DNA of 64,000 nt from Rhodobiaceae bacterium (GTDB lineage: Bacteria; Pseudomonadota; Alphaproteobacteria; Rhizobiales; TMED25), in contig JABIEF010000050.1 of NCBI GenBank assembly GCA_018651345.1, positions 27,895 through 91,894 of the forward strand. Direction: 5' to 3'. Shown piece by piece: positions 12,301 to 25,537 of this stretch (the stretch's first letter is position 1; each line of letters opens with the position of its first letter). Under the pieces are notes generated by a model that saw only the letters and a list, made by a program, of their open reading frames with translations, was not told the origin of the DNA and did not search any database. A program made the translations under genes and the position numbers.

Positions 12301-13621
12301 TGTTACTATGGGAAGAAATTCTTCAATAGTAATTTTAGACGAAGATAATAATGAAAAGTCTATATATAAAATTCCATACGGAACTCATTTAAGTGTTGAT
12401 GATGGAGATATGGTTAAACGTGGTGAGAGAATAGCTGTTTGGGATCCTTATACTAGACCTATTATTTCGGAAGCAACAGGAGTTGTGCAATTTGAAGATT
12501 TAGTAGAAGGTCTTTCGGTTGATGAAAAATTAGATGAATCAACCCATATTACACAAAGAGTTATTTTAGATTGGAGGAGCTCGCCAAGAGGTGCTGATTT
12601 AAAGCCATCTGCTATTATTAATGACAAAAATGATAAAATTATAAAATTGGATAGGGGGGTCGATGCTAGGTATCCATTCCCGCCAAATGTTATTCTTTCT
12701 GTTGAAAATGGAAGTAAAGTGCATGCAGGTGACGTTATAGCCCGTATACCAACGGAGAGTGCAAAAACAAAAGATATCACTGGTGGACTTCCAAGAGTTG
12801 CCGAATTATTTGAAGCAAGACGTCCAAAAGACCATGCTATTATTGCAGAGGCTGATGGAAAAATAGAATTTGGAAGAGATTTTAAGAACAAGACTAGAAT
12901 TAGAATTATACCAACAGATATTACTATAGAGCCGTTTGAATATATGATACCGAAAAATATGCATCTTGATGTTCAGGATGGAGATTTAATTGAAAAAGGT
13001 GAGTATATTTTAGATGGAAATCCTGCCCCTCATGACATACTTGCAATTAAGGGTGTTGAAGAACTAGCAGCTTATCTTGTAAGGGAAGTTCAAGATGTTT
13101 ATAGGCTTCAAGGAGTTACAATTAGTGATAAACATATTGAGGTTATTGTAAGTCAAATGCTTAAGAAAGTTGAAATAATCGATCCTGGTGATTCTGGTTT
13201 ACTTCCTGGAGAGCAAATTGATAAAATTGAATATAATCAAATTTTAGAAAAATTGTCTTCTAAGAAAAGCAAGGGAATAACTGTCAAACCTATTTTGCTG
13301 GGTATTACTAAAGCAGCTCTGCAAACTAGGAGCTTTATATCCGCTGCATCATTCCAAGAAACAACTAGAGTTCTTACTGAGGCAGCAATGAATGGTAAAT
13401 CAGATACGTTAGAGGGCTTAAAGGAAAATGTTATTGTTGGAAGATTAATTCCAGCCGGAACAGGTAGTGCTATCAACTTATTGAGACAAGTATCAACTCA
13501 TAGAGATGATTTGATACTAAAAGAAAGAAATGAGAACAAAGCCCTTCTCGAATCAAAAGAAGAAGCTGTAATTGAAAATGATATAGAGGAGACAAATATT
13601 GCTGATGCTAACAGCCAATAA
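9392..13621 (+). CDS. rpoC: DNA-directed RNA polymerase subunit beta'
   Basis: 1409 aa with the catalytic [12 protein letters not shown] motif and an N-terminal zinc-finger Cys cluster. Confidence 0.98.
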   Translation: MDQEVMSVFNPSSPQSQAFDQIKISIAPPEKILAWSFGEIKKPETINYRTFKPERDGLFCSRIFGPIKDYECLCGKYKRMKYRGVICEKCGVEVTLSKVRRDRMGHIELASPVAHIWFLKSLPSRIGLLLDMKLKDLERVLYFENFIVMEPGLTSLKELQLLTEEELLEYQDEYGDDSFTVGIGAEAIRDLLAAMDLVKIADDLRVEIAESTSELKPIKLAKRLKVVEAFINSGNRPEWMIMTIIPVIPPELRPLVPLDGGRFATSDLNDLYRRVINRNNRLKRLMELKAPDIIIRNEKRMLQESVDALFDNGRRGRIITGANKRPLKSLSDMLKGKQGRFRQNLLGKRVDYSGRSVIVTGPTLKLHQCGLPKRMALELFKPFIYSKLDAKGLATTVKQAKKLVEKEKPEVWDILEEVIREHPVLLNRAPTLHRLGIQAFEPILVEGKAIQLHPLVCSAFNADFDGDQMAVHVPLSLEAQLEARVLMMSTNNILHPADGTPIIVPSQDMVLGLYYLSLVKDNEPGEGMLFGNINELHHAIYTGTTTLHAKIKGRFATVDEEGNEVRKIYDTTPGRLIMGELLPKNKAISYSLVNKIMTKKDISKMIDEVYRHCGQKDTVIFCDRIMALGFHHGCKAGISFGKDDMVIPDTKLKLIDETNVLVKEYESQYIDGLITKGEKYNKVVDAWAKCTDKVADEMMSRIQVVEYDDNTKRQKDINSVYMMSHSGARGSPAQMKQLAGMRGLMAKPSGEIIETPIISNFKEGLSVLEYFNSTHGARKGLADTALKTANSGYLTRRLVDVAQDCIITEKDCGTSKGITLNHVMDGGDVVVHISKRLLGRCACEDIINPKTGKLILKHSEIINEQKAIECGEAGIETMKVRSVLTCESKIGACANCYGRDLARGTPVNVGEAVGVVAAQSIGEPGTQLTMRTFHIGGTAQVVDQSFVESAFDGKVLIRNRNVAKDSTKRLVTMGRNSSIVILDEDNNEKSIYKIPYGTHLSVDDGDMVKRGERIAVWDPYTRPIISEATGVVQFEDLVEGLSVDEKLDESTHITQRVILDWRSSPRGADLKPSAIINDKNDKIIKLDRGVDARYPFPPNVILSVENGSKVHAGDVIARIPTESAKTKDITGGLPRVAELFEARRPKDHAIIAEADGKIEFGRDFKNKTRIRIIPTDITIEPFEYMIPKNMHLDVQDGDLIEKGEYILDGNPAPHDILAIKGVEELAAYLVREVQDVYRLQGVTISDKHIEVIVSQMLKKVEIIDPGDSGLLPGEQIDKIEYNQILEKLSSKKSKGITVKPILLGITKAALQTRSFISAASFQETTRVLTEAAMNGKSDTLEGLKENVIVGRLIPAGTGSAINLLRQVSTHRDDLILKERNENKALLESKEEAVIENDIEETNIADANSQ

Positions 13622-13693
13622 ATAGGGTTAATGTAGTAAAATAGGAAATATTAATAATATTTTCGTGTATAATTATTTTATTATTATTAAGAC

Positions 13694-13722
13694 TTGACTA
13701 GGGCTTATGGTAACAGTATTGT
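13694..13722 (+). promoter_or_regulatory. candidate promoter of the str operon (rpsL-rpsG-fusA)
   Basis: TTGACT at 13694-13699, a 17-nt spacer, then TATTGT at 13717-13722, in the 247-nt gap after rpoC. Motif match only. Confidence 0.35.
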
Positions 13723-13868
13723 CGAAAAATCTTTGATTGGTAGGCTGTAGAAATCTCTAAACGCTACTAACAAAATTATAATTAATTATTTTAAGAGTAA
13801 AAAAATTACATAACTTATTAATGTTATGGTTATGTATAAAAGTTTTTGTAAAAAAGGGAATGGCAAAG

Positions 13869-14240
13869 ATGCCGACAATAAATCAGTTATTAAGAAGACC
13901 TAGGCAACCTCAAATAAAGAGAAATAAGGTGCCTGCTATGGAAGCCTGCCCTCAAAAAAGAGGTGTGTGTACAAGAGTGTATACAACTACTCCTAAAAAG
14001 CCAAATTCAGCATTACGTAAAGTTGCAAGAGTTAGACTTTCTAATGGATTTGAAGTTACAAGTTATATACCTGGAGAAGGGCATAATCTACAAGAACACT
14101 CCGTTGTCTTAATAAGAGGTGGTCGTGTTAAAGATTTACCTGGCGTAAGATATCATGTAATTAGAGGTGTGCTTGATACGCAAGGTGTATCTGACAGAAA
14201 ACAAAGGCGTTCTAAATATGGCGCTAAGAGACCAAAATAA
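13869..14240 (+). CDS. rpsL: 30S ribosomal protein S12
   Basis: [12 protein letters not shown] start gives a 123-aa S12. The track ORF start at 13821 is an upstream in-frame extension. Confidence 0.96.
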   Translation: MPTINQLLRRPRQPQIKRNKVPAMEACPQKRGVCTRVYTTTPKKPNSALRKVARVRLSNGFEVTSYIPGEGHNLQEHSVVLIRGGRVKDLPGVRYHVIRGVLDTQGVSDRKQRRSKYGAKRPK

Positions 14241-14723
<483 letters not shown>

Positions 14724-14736
14724 TTTAGGATAAAAG

Positions 14737-16812
14737 ATGTCAAGAACTACACCAATTCAAGATTATAGAAATATCGGTATTATGGCGCATATTGACGCTG
14801 GAAAGACCACAACTACCGAACGTATTCTTTATTATACCGGAAAGAGTCATAAAATTGGCGAAGTTCATGATGGTGCCGCAACTATGGATTGGATGGAGCA
14901 AGAGCAAGAAAGAGGTATTACAATAACATCTGCAGCTACTACAACATATTGGAAAGATAAACGTATTAATATTATTGATACACCAGGCCATGTTGATTTT
15001 ACTATTGAAGTTGAAAGATCGTTGCGTGTATTAGATGGTGCCATAGCTTTATTAGATGCAAATGCAGGTGTGGAACCACAAACCGAAACAGTTTGGAGGC
15101 AAGCAGATAAATATAATGTCCCTAGAATGATATTTGTTAATAAAATGGACAAAACTGGAGCAGACTTCTACAGGTCAGTCGAGATGGTAAAAGAGCGTCT
15201 TGGAGCTAAGCCATTAGTTATGCAATTACCAATAGGTGCTGAAACTGAATTAAAAGGTATAGTCGATCTTATTAGAATGAAAGCTGTTGTATGGGATAAC
15301 GAAGCTCTTGGAGCAAATTTTCATGATGAAGATATTCCATCAGACTTACAAGAGGCAGCAGAAGATTACAGGAATCAATTAGTTGAAACCTTAGTTGAGC
15401 TTGATGAAGGCGTAATGGAAAGATATCTTGATGGTGAGGATATAAACGAAGAAACACTGATGTCATTAATAAGAAAAGGTACATGTGAAGTTTCTTTCTT
15501 TCCTGTTTTTTGTGGATCTGCCTTTAAAAATAAAGGTGTACAGCCTTTACTAGACGGAGTTGTCGATTATCTACCTTCGCCTCTTGATGTTCCTGCTATA
15601 AAAGCTATCGATTTTAAAACAGAAGAAGATATTACGGTACTTCCGTCAGATGATGTAAGCGCTGCACTTCTTGCATTTAAAGTTATGAATGATCCATTCG
15701 TAGGATCTCTGACTTTCTGTAGAGTGTATTCAGGCAAGGTTGAGAGCGGTACGCAGTTATTGAATTCTATTAAAAATAAAAAAGAGAGAATAGGTAGAAT
15801 GCTACTAATGCATTCAAATTCAAGAGAAGATATAAAAGAAGCATATGCTGGAGATATCGTTGCAATAGCTGGTCTTAAGCTATCAACTACAGGCGATACA
15901 TTATGCGATGTTTCAAATCCAGTAATATTAGAAAGAATGATTTTCCCTGAACCTGTGATTGAAATTGCTGTTGAGCCAAAAACTAAGGCAGACCAAGAAA
16001 AGATGGGCGCTGCTTTATCAAGGCTAGCCCAAGAAGACCCTTCATTTAGAGTATCTTCTGATGATGAATCAGGGCAAACTATTATCAAAGGAATGGGTGA
16101 GCTTCATTTGGATATAATTGTAGATAGAATGAAAAGAGAATTTAAGGTTGAGGCCAATATTGGTGCTCCACAAGTTGCTTACCGTGAAACTATTACACGA
16201 TCATCCGATGTTGATTATACGCATAAAAAACAATCAGGTGGTTCCGGTCAATTTGCTAGAGTTAAAATGACAGTGTCACCTGGTGAACCTGGTACAGGAT
16301 TTGTTTTTACAAATAAAATCGTTGGAGGCTCAATTCCTAAAGACTATATACCTGGCGTTGAAAAAGGAATTGCTTCCGTTCTAGATAATGGTATTTTAGC
16401 TGGTTTCCCTTTGCTAGATATCGATGTTATATTGAATGACGGTGCTTATCATGATGTCGATTCATCTGTAATGGCATTTGAAATTGCCGGTAGAGCTGCA
16501 TTTAGAGAAGCTGCACAAAGTGCTGCCCCAAAATTGTTAGAGCCAATTATGGATGTTGAAGTTGTTACGCCTGAAGATTATATGGGTGATGTTATTGGAG
16601 ATCTTAATTCAAGAAGAGGTCAAATATCAGGAACAGAAGCAAGGGGTAATGCAACAGTAATTAAATCAATGGTACCGTTAGCTAATATGTTTGGCTACGT
16701 AAGTCATTTAAGGTCAATGAGTCAAGGAAGAGCACAATTTACAATGCAGTTTGATCACTATCAACAAGTGCCTGAAGCTGTATCGCAAGAAGTTATAGCA
16801 AAGTATGCTTAA
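14737..16812 (+). CDS. fusA: elongation factor G
   Basis: 691 aa with G-domain motifs [14 protein letters not shown] and NKMD. Confidence 0.98.
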   Translation: MSRTTPIQDYRNIGIMAHIDAGKTTTTERILYYTGKSHKIGEVHDGAATMDWMEQEQERGITITSAATTTYWKDKRINIIDTPGHVDFTIEVERSLRVLDGAIALLDANAGVEPQTETVWRQADKYNVPRMIFVNKMDKTGADFYRSVEMVKERLGAKPLVMQLPIGAETELKGIVDLIRMKAVVWDNEALGANFHDEDIPSDLQEAAEDYRNQLVETLVELDEGVMERYLDGEDINEETLMSLIRKGTCEVSFFPVFCGSAFKNKGVQPLLDGVVDYLPSPLDVPAIKAIDFKTEEDITVLPSDDVSAALLAFKVMNDPFVGSLTFCRVYSGKVESGTQLLNSIKNKKERIGRMLLMHSNSREDIKEAYAGDIVAIAGLKLSTTGDTLCDVSNPVILERMIFPEPVIEIAVEPKTKADQEKMGAALSRLAQEDPSFRVSSDDESGQTIIKGMGELHLDIIVDRMKREFKVEANIGAPQVAYRETITRSSDVDYTHKKQSGGSGQFARVKMTVSPGEPGTGFVFTNKIVGGSIPKDYIPGVEKGIASVLDNGILAGFPLLDIDVILNDGAYHDVDSSVMAFEIAGRAAFREAAQSAAPKLLEPIMDVEVVTPEDYMGDVIGDLNSRRGQISGTEARGNATVIKSMVPLANMFGYVSHLRSMSQGRAQFTMQFDHYQQVPEAVSQEVIAKYA

Positions 16813-16869
16813 AATAAAAGGTAAGTATCTATGTTGTTTTTAAATATTAAATTTGAAGGGGTTGTTTAA

Positions 16870-17178
16870 ATGATTGGTCAAAATATTAGGATAAGGCTTA
16901 AGGCCTATGATCATAGATTACTTGACAGCTCAACAGCTGAAATTGTTAATACTGCAAAAAGAACTGGTGCTAGCGTTAGAGGCCCAATTCCATTACCTAG
17001 AAGAATAGAAAAATACACTGTTTTACGCGGTCCACACATTGATAAAAAAAGCAGAGAACAATTTGAAATAAGAACACATAAAAGGTTACTTGATATAGTA
17101 GATCCTACACCTCAAACAGTTGATGCATTGATGAAGTTAGATTTATCATCTGGTGTTGATGTTGAAATAAAATTATAG
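16870..17178 (+). CDS. rpsJ: 30S ribosomal protein S10
   Basis: 102 aa, [14 protein letters not shown] start. First gene of the S10 operon. Confidence 0.97.
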   Translation: MIGQNIRIRLKAYDHRLLDSSTAEIVNTAKRTGASVRGPIPLPRRIEKYTVLRGPHIDKKSREQFEIRTHKRLLDIVDPTPQTVDALMKLDLSSGVDVEIKL

Positions 17179-17189
17179 AAAGAATAAAG

Positions 17190-18002
17190 ATGCGTACCGG
17201 ACTGATAGCAGAAAAATTAGGCATGATGAGAATGTTTACTGATAAAGGTGTACATGTTCCTGTAACTGTATTGTCATTAGAAAAATGCCAAGTTGTTAGT
17301 CACAAAACAATTGAGACTGATGGCTACAATGCAATTCAAGTCGGAGCGGGTGATATTAAAGTAAAGAATGTTACAAAGCCTATGAGAGGTCACTATGCTA
17401 AGACTAAGGTTTTACCAAAAAGAAAATTAACTGAATTTAGGATTGATGCAGAGAATTTTCCTGATATTGGTTTATTTTTTAAAGCAGATCATTTTACACC
17501 AGGACAAAAAGTTGATGTTTCAGCTACTAGTATCGGTAAAGGTTTCGCTGGAGCAATGAAAAGGCATAATTTTAGTGGTTTAAGAGCATCACATGGTGTA
17601 TCCGTTAGTCATAGAAGCCATGGTTCTACCGGCCAATGTCAAGATCCAGGTAGGGTATTTAAAGGTAAGAAAATGGCAGGGCATATGGGTGCGGCAAGAG
17701 TTACTACACAAAATTTAGTACTTCATGCTGTAGACTTAGATAGAGGTTTATTGCTCATAAAAGGTTCAATTCCTGGACCAAAAAGCGGATGGGTAACAGT
17801 ACGAGATGCTGTAAAGCTTAATAGAATTCCTGAAAACGCTCCAACTCCCGGAAGTTTTAAAATTAGCGATGGTCCAGAAATAGATAATAATCCCGTAATA
17901 GAAAACAATGTTGAAGCTGCTGTTGAAGAAAAAATTATTGAAGCTGTTGTTGAAGAAAACATTGTTGAAGCTGCTGTAGATGGTATTGAGGAGGAAAAAT
18001 AG
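17190..18002 (+). CDS. rplC: 50S ribosomal protein L3 with repeat-built acidic C-terminal extension
   Basis: 270 aa. The L3 core runs to ...VTVRDAVK, followed by a 61-aa tail. See the repeat at 17913-17993. Confidence 0.96.
   Translation: MRTGLIAEKLGMMRMFTDKGVHVPVTVLSLEKCQVVSHKTIETDGYNAIQVGAGDIKVKNVTKPMRGHYAKTKVLPKRKLTEFRIDAENFPDIGLFFKADHFTPGQKVDVSATSIGKGFAGAMKRHNFSGLRASHGVSVSHRSHGSTGQCQDPGRVFKGKKMAGHMGAARVTTQNLVLHAVDLDRGLLLIKGSIPGPKSGWVTVRDAVKLNRIPENAPTPGSFKISDGPEIDNNPVIENNVEAAVEEKIIEAVVEENIVEAAVDGIEEEK
17913..17993 (+). repeat. three in-frame 27-nt tandem repeats inside the rplC 3' end
   Basis: GAAGCTGCTGTTGAAGAAAAAATTATT / GAAGCTGTTGTTGAAGAAAACATTGTT / GAAGCTGCTGTAGATGGTATTGAGGAG encode EAAVEEKII / EAVVEENIV / EAAVDGIEE. 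Confidence 0.85.
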
Positions 18003-18632
18003 ATGAAAACTTCTGTTATAGATCTAACGTCGAAGAAAGCCGGTTCTGTAGAGTTAGGTGAAAATATTTTTGGATTAATACCTAGAAAAGATATATTACA
18101 CAGAATGGTAGTTTATCAATTAGCTAAGCGAAGAGCAGGTACACATAAAGTTAAAAATAGAGCTGAAATTAATGCTACAACTAAAAAAATGTATAATCAA
18201 AAAGGCACAGGTAGCGCTCGTCATGGTTCAAAGAAAGTTCCACAATTTCGTGGTGGTGGTAGAGCATTCGGACCTCATCCGCGAGATCATTCAATCAAAT
18301 TAACAAAGAAATTTAGAAGTTTAGCTTTAAGGCATGCTTTATCTGCTAAATTGTCAGATAAGAATTTAATTATATTAGATGAAGCGAAGTTAGATATGCC
18401 AAAAACATCGATGTTAGTTAGTTGTTTTTCTAAAATGTCTATTAAATCTGCTTTAATCATTGATGTTAATGATATTCAAGATAATTTTTACTTGGCTGCG
18501 CAAAATATACCACAGATTGATGTGTTATCTGTCGATGGTATTAATGTTTATGACATACTTAAACGCGACAAACTAATTATTACAAAAGCTGCATTAGAAA
18601 AAATTGAAGGACGTTTCAATGAAAGAAGTTGA
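18003..18632 (+). CDS. rplD: 50S ribosomal protein L4
   Basis: 209 aa, L4-like ([11 protein letters not shown]). Starts immediately after the rplC stop. Confidence 0.97.
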   Translation: MKTSVIDLTSKKAGSVELGENIFGLIPRKDILHRMVVYQLAKRRAGTHKVKNRAEINATTKKMYNQKGTGSARHGSKKVPQFRGGGRAFGPHPRDHSIKLTKKFRSLALRHALSAKLSDKNLIILDEAKLDMPKTSMLVSCFSKMSIKSALIIDVNDIQDNFYLAAQNIPQIDVLSVDGINVYDILKRDKLIITKAALEKIEGRFNERS

Positions 18633-18915
18633 TTTATATGATGTTATACGGAATCCAGTGATAACAGAGAAAGCTACTATTGTATCAGAAAGCGATCAAG
18701 TTATATTCAATGTTTCAATGTCAGCAACAAAATTTGAAATAAAACAGGCTGTTGAATCTTTGTTCGAAGTTAAAGTGCTTTCGGTAAATACTCTTGTAAG
18801 AAAAGGTAAAGTTAAAACATTTAAGGGTAAAGTTGGCAAAAGAAATAATACTAAAAGGGCGTTCGTTAGACTTGCCGAAGGCCAAACCATAGATTTCACT
18901 ACAGGATTGAGTTAA
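18619..18915 (+). CDS. rplW: 50S ribosomal protein L23
   Basis: ATG at 18619 gives [20 protein letters not shown], a typical L23 start. The track TTG at 18604 is a possible alternative. Confidence 0.93.
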   Translation: MKEVDLYDVIRNPVITEKATIVSESDQVIFNVSMSATKFEIKQAVESLFEVKVLSVNTLVRKGKVKTFKGKVGKRNNTKRAFVRLAEGQTIDFTTGLS

Positions 18916-18919
18916 GAAA

Positions 18920-19759
18920 ATGGCATTAAAAAAATATAAACCAAATACCCCCAGCCAAAGAGGCCTTGTCCTTGTTGCAAGGGATCAGCTATGGTCAGGA
19001 AAACCTATTAAAACCCTTACTGTTGGTTTAACAAAAACAGGTGGTAGAAATAATAATGGTAGGGTTACAGCTAGAAGACGCGGTGGTGGTCATAAACGTT
19101 TATACAGAGAGATTGATTTTAAAAGACGTAATTTCGACATGCCTGCGGTAGTAGAGAGAATTGAGTACGATCCAAATAGATCAGCATTTATTGCGCTAAT
19201 TAAGTATGAAGATGGAACTTTAAATTATATTCTTGCTCCTCAAAGATTATCAATAGGAGACACGGTTATTTCTGGGAATAATGCTGATATTAAGCCAGGA
19301 AATGCTATGCCACTTTCATCGATGCCAATTGGAACAATCATCCATAATGTAGAATTGAAGGCAGGTAAAGGTGGGCAAATTGCAAGATCAGCAGGCACAT
19401 ATGTACAACTTGTTGGAAGAGATCAAGGGTACGCTATACTGAGGTTAAATTCTGGAGAGACTAGAATGACGCGTTCTGAATGCATGGCTACAGTTGGTGC
19501 TGTTTCTAATCCGGATAATAAGAATATAAAATTAGCAAAAGCTGGTAGATCTAGATGGCTAGGAAAACGGCCTTCTGTTCGTGGCGTAGCTATGAATCCT
19601 GTAGATCATCCTCATGGTGGCGGTGAAGGTAAAACTTCAGGTGGTCGTCATCCAGTAACTCCTTGGGGTAAACCAACAAAAGGTAAACGTACAAGATCAA
19701 ATAAAGTTACTGATCGTCTAATAATACGTAGTAGGCATTTACGGAAGAAAAGGAAGTAA
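18920..19759 (+). CDS. rplB: 50S ribosomal protein L2
   Basis: 279 aa with motif [25 protein letters not shown]. Confidence 0.98.
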   Translation: MALKKYKPNTPSQRGLVLVARDQLWSGKPIKTLTVGLTKTGGRNNNGRVTARRRGGGHKRLYREIDFKRRNFDMPAVVERIEYDPNRSAFIALIKYEDGTLNYILAPQRLSIGDTVISGNNADIKPGNAMPLSSMPIGTIIHNVELKAGKGGQIARSAGTYVQLVGRDQGYAILRLNSGETRMTRSECMATVGAVSNPDNKNIKLAKAGRSRWLGKRPSVRGVAMNPVDHPHGGGEGKTSGGRHPVTPWGKPTKGKRTRSNKVTDRLIIRSRHLRKKRK

Positions 19760-19762
19760 TTT

Positions 19763-20041
19763 ATGACAAGATCTGTATGGAAGGGTCCGTTTGTTGACGG
19801 GTATATGTTAAAAAAAGCTGAAAATAGCCGTGCTTCCGGTCGCAATGATGTGATAAAAATTTGGTCTAGGAGGTCAACTATTTTGCCTCAATTCGTTGGT
19901 TTAACATTCGGCGTACATAATGGTCGAAAACATATCCCTGTTATGGTAACTGAAGATATGGTAGGACGGAAATTTGGTGAATTTTCTCCAACTAGAACAT
20001 ACTTCGGTCATTTAGCTGACAAGAAGGCTAAGAGGAAATAA
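19763..20041 (+). CDS. rpsS: 30S ribosomal protein S19
   Basis: 92 aa with SVWKGPFVD start and HNGRKHIPV. Confidence 0.97.
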   Translation: MTRSVWKGPFVDGYMLKKAENSRASGRNDVIKIWSRRSTILPQFVGLTFGVHNGRKHIPVMVTEDMVGRKFGEFSPTRTYFGHLADKKAKRK

Positions 20042-20043
20042 TA

Positions 20044-20439
20044 ATGACAAAAAATATTACTATTGAAGGACAAGCAAAAGCAATAACTAAAATGATTCGA
20101 GTTAGCCCTCAGAAGCTCAATCTTGTTGCAGCAACAATTAGAGGTAAAAAAGTTGAAAAAGCTATTAATGAACTTAAATTCTCAAGAAAAAGAATATCAC
20201 TAGATGTTATGAAAACTTTACAATCAGCAATTGCAAACGCAGAGAATAACCACGAACTGGATGTTGATGAATTATTCGTATCGGAAGCATATGTTGGTAA
20301 GAATATAGTATTAAAACGTTGGAGGGCTCGTGCGCGTGGTAGAGTTGGAAAAATACAAAAACCATTTTCTCAATTAACAATAGTTGTTAAACAAAATGAT
20401 AAAACTGAACAAAGTGATATAACTGAGGAGGCTCAATAA
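20044..20439 (+). CDS. rplV: 50S ribosomal protein L22
   Basis: 131 aa, L22-like. Operon position. Confidence 0.96.
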   Translation: MTKNITIEGQAKAITKMIRVSPQKLNLVAATIRGKKVEKAINELKFSRKRISLDVMKTLQSAIANAENNHELDVDELFVSEAYVGKNIVLKRWRARARGRVGKIQKPFSQLTIVVKQNDKTEQSDITEEAQ

Positions 20440-21149
20440 TGGGACAAAAAGTTTCACCAGTAGCTTTTAGACTTGGAGTAAATAGAACATCGGATTCTCG
20501 TTGGTTTGCTAATAAAAATGAGTTTCCAAAATTATTACAAGAAGATCGTTTAATTAGGCAAACTGTACTAAAAATGCATTCAACTGCAGCGATATCCAAA
20601 GTTGTAATTGAAAGACCTCATAAGAAATGCAGAGTAACAATACATTCTGCTAGACCTGGTATCTTAATTGGTAAAAAAGGTGCTGATATTGAAGTTGTTA
20701 AAAATAAAGTACAAAAATTAACGAATAGCGAAGTCTCTATCAATATTGTTGAGGTTAGAAAACCTGAAATTGATGCTACTTTAGTAGCAGAAAATATAGC
20801 CCAGCAGCTAGAAAGAAGGATAGCATTTAGACGTGCAATGAAAAGATCAGTGCAGTCTGCAATAAGATTAGGTGCTCAAGGTATTAGAATAAATTGTGGC
20901 GGTAGACTTGGTGGGGCTGAAATAGCTAGAACCGAATGGTATCGTGAAGGCAGAGTTCCTCTTCAAACATTACGTGCGGATATTGATTATGGTGTTGCAA
21001 CTGCACACACAACATATGGCACTATTGGTATTAAAGTTTGGATTTCTAAAGGTGAAATTATGGAACATGATCCTATGGCTCATGAAAAAAGAGCAACAGA
21101 ATCGCCAGAAGGTAATAGGCCTAGTGCTAGACGTGATAGAGGAAATTAA
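20439..21149 (+). CDS. rpsC: 30S ribosomal protein S3
   Basis: 236 aa, [13 protein letters not shown] start with KH domain. TAATG overlap with rplV. Confidence 0.97.
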   Translation: MGQKVSPVAFRLGVNRTSDSRWFANKNEFPKLLQEDRLIRQTVLKMHSTAAISKVVIERPHKKCRVTIHSARPGILIGKKGADIEVVKNKVQKLTNSEVSINIVEVRKPEIDATLVAENIAQQLERRIAFRRAMKRSVQSAIRLGAQGIRINCGGRLGGAEIARTEWYREGRVPLQTLRADIDYGVATAHTTYGTIGIKVWISKGEIMEHDPMAHEKRATESPEGNRPSARRDRGN

Positions 21150-21160
21150 GGAATAAAAAG

Positions 21161-21580
21161 ATGCTGCAACCAAAAAGAACTAAATTTAGAAAGCAACATA
21201 AAGGCAGAATTAAAGGCGTTGCAAAGGGTGGATCTTTATTGAACTTCGGTGCATACGGTTTGAAGTCGCTTGAACCGTCTCGCGTAACAGCCAGACAAAT
21301 TGAGGCAGCAAGACGTGCAATGACAAGACATATGAAAAGAGCGGGTAGAGTTTGGATTCGTATCTTTCCTGATGTTCCTGTTACAAAAAAACCAACTGAA
21401 GTTAGGATGGGTAAAGGCAAGGGTTCTGTTGAATTTTGGGCAGCAAAAGTAAAACCGGGTAGAGTTATGTTTGAAATAGATGGTGTTTCTGGAACTATTG
21501 CTAGGCAAGCTTTTGAGTTAGCGGCTGCAAAATTACCAGTTAAATGTAAAATTATAGTTCGACCTGGTGATAATGGATAA
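21161..21580 (+). CDS. rplP: 50S ribosomal protein L16
   Basis: 139 aa, [16 protein letters not shown] start. Confidence 0.97.
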   Translation: MLQPKRTKFRKQHKGRIKGVAKGGSLLNFGAYGLKSLEPSRVTARQIEAARRAMTRHMKRAGRVWIRIFPDVPVTKKPTEVRMGKGKGSVEFWAAKVKPGRVMFEIDGVSGTIARQAFELAAAKLPVKCKIIVRPGDNG

Positions 21581-21592
21581 TGGATAAGTGAT

Positions 21593-21796
21593 ATGAAGAT
21601 TCAAGAAATAAAAGATATGAGCGTAGATCAGTTAAATCAAGAATTAGTTAAGTTTAAACGTGAACAATTAAATTTAAGATTTCAAGTTGCCTCAGGACAG
21701 TTAGACAATACCTCAAGAGTTAGGTTTGTAAGAAGAACAATCGCTCAAATTAAAACTGTTCAACATAATAAAATAAATTCTGTTAAAGGAGCTTAA
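21593..21796 (+). CDS. rpmC: 50S ribosomal protein L29
   Basis: 67 aa, L29-like coiled sequence. Operon position. Confidence 0.94.
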   Translation: MKIQEIKDMSVDQLNQELVKFKREQLNLRFQVASGQLDNTSRVRFVRRTIAQIKTVQHNKINSVKGA

Positions 21797-21802
21797 TGAA
21801 AA

Positions 21803-22042
21803 ATGCCAAAGAGAATATTAACAGGTATCGTTTTAACGGACAAATCTGATAAAACAGTTGTGGTGAAAGTTGAAAGAAGATTTATGGATCCTCTTCTTAA
21901 AAAAACTATTAAAAGATCAAAAAAATATCATGCGCATGATGAGGGTAATCAATATAAAGTTGGAGATAATGTAAAGATACAAGAGTGTAAGCCATATTCT
22001 AAATTAAAAAGATGGACCGTTCTAGAAAACGCTTCAAATTAA
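21803..22042 (+). CDS. rpsQ: 30S ribosomal protein S17
   Basis: 79 aa with [19 protein letters not shown]. Confidence 0.96.
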   Translation: MPKRILTGIVLTDKSDKTVVVKVERRFMDPLLKKTIKRSKKYHAHDEGNQYKVGDNVKIQECKPYSKLKRWTVLENASN

Positions 22043-22066
22043 TATAAAACATAGAAGAGATAAATA

Positions 22067-22435
22067 ATGATACAGATGCAAACAAATTTAGAGGTAGCCG
22101 ATAATTCAGGAGCTAAACGGGTTCAATGCATTAAAGTATTGGGCGGATCAAAACGTAAGTATGCTGGTGTTGGTGATATAATAGTAGTAACTATTAAGGA
22201 GGCTATTCCAAGAGGTAAGGTAAAAAAAGGTGATGTAATGAAGGCTGTAGTAGTGCGTACAGCGAAAGATATTCAACGTAATGACGGCACTGTTATTAGG
22301 TTTGATGGAAACGCAGCGGTATTAATTAATGCCCAAGGGGATCCTATAGGTACACGAATATTTGGTCCTGTAACAAGGGAATTAAGAGCTAAAAGCCATA
22401 TGAAAATAGTTTCATTGGCACCAGAGGTATTATAA
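22067..22435 (+). CDS. rplN: 50S ribosomal protein L14
   Basis: 122 aa, [17 protein letters not shown] start. Confidence 0.98.
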   Translation: MIQMQTNLEVADNSGAKRVQCIKVLGGSKRKYAGVGDIIVVTIKEAIPRGKVKKGDVMKAVVVRTAKDIQRNDGTVIRFDGNAAVLINAQGDPIGTRIFGPVTRELRAKSHMKIVSLAPEVL

Positions 22436-22753
22436 ATGGCAGCAAGAATTAAAAAAGGCGATAAAGTTACTGTTTTAGCAGGTAAAGATAAAGGAAAAAC
22501 TGGTGAGGTTTTACTTGTGATTCCTGAAAGAGATCGCGTACTCGTTCAAGGTATTAATTTGGTAAAAAAACATCAGAAACAAACCGCCTCTGAAGAAGCT
22601 GGTATTAAGCAAAAAGAGTTAAGTATTCATGTTTCTAATGTAGCAATTATTGATTCAGAAACTTCTAAGCCTACTAGAATTGGATTTAAATTCTTAGATG
22701 ATGGTAAAAAAGTAAGATATGCAAAAAAATCAGGAGAGGTTATCGATGGTTAG
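22436..22753 (+). CDS. rplX: 50S ribosomal protein L24
   Basis: 105 aa with KOW motif ([20 protein letters not shown]). Confidence 0.96.
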   Translation: MAARIKKGDKVTVLAGKDKGKTGEVLLVIPERDRVLVQGINLVKKHQKQTASEEAGIKQKELSIHVSNVAIIDSETSKPTRIGFKFLDDGKKVRYAKKSGEVIDG

Positions 22754-23303
22754 TAAAATATATACACCTCGTATTAAAGAGCTTTACGAATCAACTATCG
22801 TTGATAAGTTAACAGAAGAATTTAAATATACAAATTCTATGCAAGTACCACGTCTTGATAAAATTGTAATAAATATGGGTGTTGGGGAGGCTGCAGCTGA
22901 TTCAAAAAAAATTAATCTAGCGGTTGAGGAACTAGAAGCTATTTCAGGTCAGAAGCCTGTAATCACTAAAGCTAAAAAGTCTATAGCTAACTTTAAATTA
23001 CGTGAAGGTATGGCTGTGGGAACAAAAGTAACATTAAGAAAAATAAGAATGTATGAATTTATAGATAGGTTAATTACAATTGCTCTGCCTAGAGTAAGAG
23101 ATTTTAGAGGTTTAAGTGTTAAGAGTTTTGACGGAAATGGTAATTATGCTCTAGGAATTAAAGAGCATATAATATTTCCTGAAATTAATTACGACAAAGT
23201 TGAATCTATTAGGGGTATGGATGTTATCATTTGCACTACGGCAAATACTGATGATGAGGCCAAAGCCTTACTTAGAGAACTTAATTTTCCTTTTAGGAAT
23301 TGA
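22746..23303 (+). CDS. rplE: 50S ribosomal protein L5
   Basis: ATG at 22746 gives [15 protein letters not shown], a typical L5 start, with an 8-nt overlap on rplX. The track start at 22719 is a likely over-extension. Confidence 0.94.
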   Translation: MVSKIYTPRIKELYESTIVDKLTEEFKYTNSMQVPRLDKIVINMGVGEAAADSKKINLAVEELEAISGQKPVITKAKKSIANFKLREGMAVGTKVTLRKIRMYEFIDRLITIALPRVRDFRGLSVKSFDGNGNYALGIKEHIIFPEINYDKVESIRGMDVIICTTANTDDEAKALLRELNFPFRN

Positions 23304-23327
23304 TTTTATTAATTATAGAGGTGAATA

Positions 23328-23633
23328 ATGGCTAAGGTTAGCTCAGTAGAAAGAAATAAAAAACGTACTTTACTAGTTGCAAAATATGCTTCTAAAAGAA
23401 TAGCGTTAAAGAATATGGCTTCTGATAAGTCATTAACTATGGAAGAAAGATTTTCAGCCAGACTTAAATTGGCTAAACTTCCAAGAAATTCAGCTGCGAA
23501 TAGAATAAGAAATCGTTGTGTTGTTTCAGGAAGGCCGAGAGGTTTTTATAGGAAATTAGGTATTTCTAGAATAGCTTTGCGTGATTTGACTGCGCAAGGG
23601 CAAATTCCAGGAATGGTAAAATCAAGTTGGTAA
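23328..23633 (+). CDS. rpsN: 30S ribosomal protein S14 (long, non-zinc form)
   Basis: 101 aa ending [11 protein letters not shown], with no CxxC pairs. Confidence 0.96.
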   Translation: MAKVSSVERNKKRTLLVAKYASKRIALKNMASDKSLTMEERFSARLKLAKLPRNSAANRIRNRCVVSGRPRGFYRKLGISRIALRDLTAQGQIPGMVKSSW

Positions 23634-23645
23634 GGTAATTATATT

Positions 23646-24041
23646 ATGATGACAGATCCATTAGCAGATATGCTGACACGTATTAGAAACGCTTTGATGC
23701 GTAATAAATCTAATGTTGTAACTCCGGCATCTAAATTACGTCAAAGAGTTTTGGACGTTTTAGAATCAGAGGGATACATTAGGGGTTATGCTAGAGTTGA
23801 GCAAGAGGGTGATTTTCCTGTATTTGAAATAGAGCTTAAGTACCATGAAGGTACACCTGTTATTAAAAATATAGAAAAAGTCTCAAAACCAGGAAGAAGA
23901 GTTTATTCATCTGTAGATAATCTACCACGTGTATTTAATGGCTTAGGAATTTCAATATTATCAACATCTAAAGGCGTTATGTCTGATGTTAATGCTAGAG
24001 AAGAAAATGTTGGTGGTGAAGTACTTTGTAAGGTATTTTAA
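23646..24041 (+). CDS. rpsH: 30S ribosomal protein S8
   Basis: 131 aa, [13 protein letters not shown] start. Confidence 0.97.
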   Translation: MMTDPLADMLTRIRNALMRNKSNVVTPASKLRQRVLDVLESEGYIRGYARVEQEGDFPVFEIELKYHEGTPVIKNIEKVSKPGRRVYSSVDNLPRVFNGLGISILSTSKGVMSDVNAREENVGGEVLCKVF

Positions 24042-24066
24042 AGTTATAAATTTAGGAATTTTATTG

Positions 24067-24600
24067 ATGTCAAGAATTGGAAAAAAACAAATTACAATAC
24101 CAGGTGGTGTAAATGCTACTCTGGAGGGCAACATCCTTAGTATTGTTGGGCCAAAGGGTACTCTTAGCACTGAATTGGTAAGTGATGTTAATCTGGAAAT
24201 TAGTGATAATGAAATTAATGTTATACCAAAAGATTTAGGTAAGCGTAGTCGTTCAATGTGGGGGTTAACTAGAACTCTTGTTAGCAATTTAATCGTTGGT
24301 GTCACTGATGGTTATAAAAAGACGCTAGAAATTCAAGGTGTCGGTTACCGTGCGCAAGTTCAAGGAAATATATTACAATTAGCTCTTGGATTTAGTCATG
24401 ACGTTAAATATGAAATTCCAAAAGAAGTAACGATTAATTGCGTTAAGCCTACTGAAATCACTGTAGAGGGTATTAATAAACAATTAGTTGGTCAGACAGC
24501 CGCTGAAATTAGAAGATATAGACCACCAGAACCTTATAAAGGTAAGGGTGTTAGATATCAGGGTGAATTTGTATTCCGTAAAGAAGGTAAGAAAAAATAA
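24067..24600 (+). CDS. rplF: 50S ribosomal protein L6
   Basis: ATG at 24067 gives [12 protein letters not shown] (177 aa). The track start at 23986 overlaps rpsH and is rejected. Confidence 0.95.
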   Translation: MSRIGKKQITIPGGVNATLEGNILSIVGPKGTLSTELVSDVNLEISDNEINVIPKDLGKRSRSMWGLTRTLVSNLIVGVTDGYKKTLEIQGVGYRAQVQGNILQLALGFSHDVKYEIPKEVTINCVKPTEITVEGINKQLVGQTAAEIRRYRPPEPYKGKGVRYQGEFVFRKEGKKK

Positions 24601-24610
24601 AGGCATTGAT

Positions 24611-24967
24611 ATGAGTGGAAGATTTAAAACAGAATTAAAGAGAAAATTAAGAGTACGAAGAGCTATTAAGAATAGGTCTGGCGATAAGTGTAGGCTTAGT
24701 GTTTTTCGGTCATCAAAAAATATTTATGCCCAAATAATTGATGATAAAAATGGGATTACTTTGGCATCTGCATCAACTTTAGAGAAAGATTTAAGATCTG
24801 AAAAAGGTTCTGATAAAACTGCAGCTGAAAACATTGGAAAGCTTATAGCCGAAAGAGGTAAAAAAGCTGGAATTGAGAAGGTAGTATTTGATAGAGGGCC
24901 ATATTTATTTCATGGTCGCGTAAAAGCGTTAGCAGAGGCCGCACGTAATAGCGGCTTAGAATTTTAA
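24611..24967 (+). CDS. rplR: 50S ribosomal protein L18
   Basis: ATG at 24611 gives a 118-aa L18 ([18 protein letters not shown]). The track start at 24488 lies inside rplF. Confidence 0.95.
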   Translation: MSGRFKTELKRKLRVRRAIKNRSGDKCRLSVFRSSKNIYAQIIDDKNGITLASASTLEKDLRSEKGSDKTAAENIGKLIAERGKKAGIEKVVFDRGPYLFHGRVKALAEAARNSGLEF

Positions 24968-24978
24968 AAGGAAAAAAA

Positions 24979-25536
24979 ATGGCTCGTAGTCCTGTAAAAT
25001 CAAAAGATGAAAAAGATAGTGAATTTATTGATAGATTAGTGCATATTAATCGTGTTGCTAAAGTTGTTAAAGGCGGAAGAAGATTTGGTTTTGCTGCTTT
25101 AGTGGTTATCGGTGATCAAAAAGGAAGAGTGGGTTATGGTCATGGTAAGGCAAAAGAAGTTCCTGAGGCAATTAAAAAAGCTACAGACGATGCAAAGCGT
25201 TCTATAATAAGAGTTCCTTTAAGAGAAGGTCGTACCTTACATCATGATGTTGAAGGTTCACATGGTGCAGGCAAAGTAATATTGCGTGCTGCGCCTTCTG
25301 GTACAGGTATTATAGCAGGAGGGCCAATGAGAGCTGTCTTTGAAACTTTAGGAGTTCAGGATGTCGTGACAAAGTCTCAAGGAACGTCGAATCCATATAA
25401 TATGATACGTGCAACATTTGATGCATTGTTAAAAGAGCAAAGTCCAAGAACAGTTGCCGCTAGAAGAGGTTTAAAAGTTAGTGACATTGTTTCTCGAAGA
25501 CGAGATGGATCAACAGAAATTGATAAAGTAGGTTAA
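24979..25536 (+). CDS. rpsE: 30S ribosomal protein S5
   Basis: 185 aa with [26 protein letters not shown]. Confidence 0.97.
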   Translation: MARSPVKSKDEKDSEFIDRLVHINRVAKVVKGGRRFGFAALVVIGDQKGRVGYGHGKAKEVPEAIKKATDDAKRSIIRVPLREGRTLHHDVEGSHGAGKVILRAAPSGTGIIAGGPMRAVFETLGVQDVVTKSQGTSNPYNMIRATFDALLKEQSPRTVAARRGLKVSDIVSRRRDGSTEIDKVG

Positions 25537-25537
25537 A

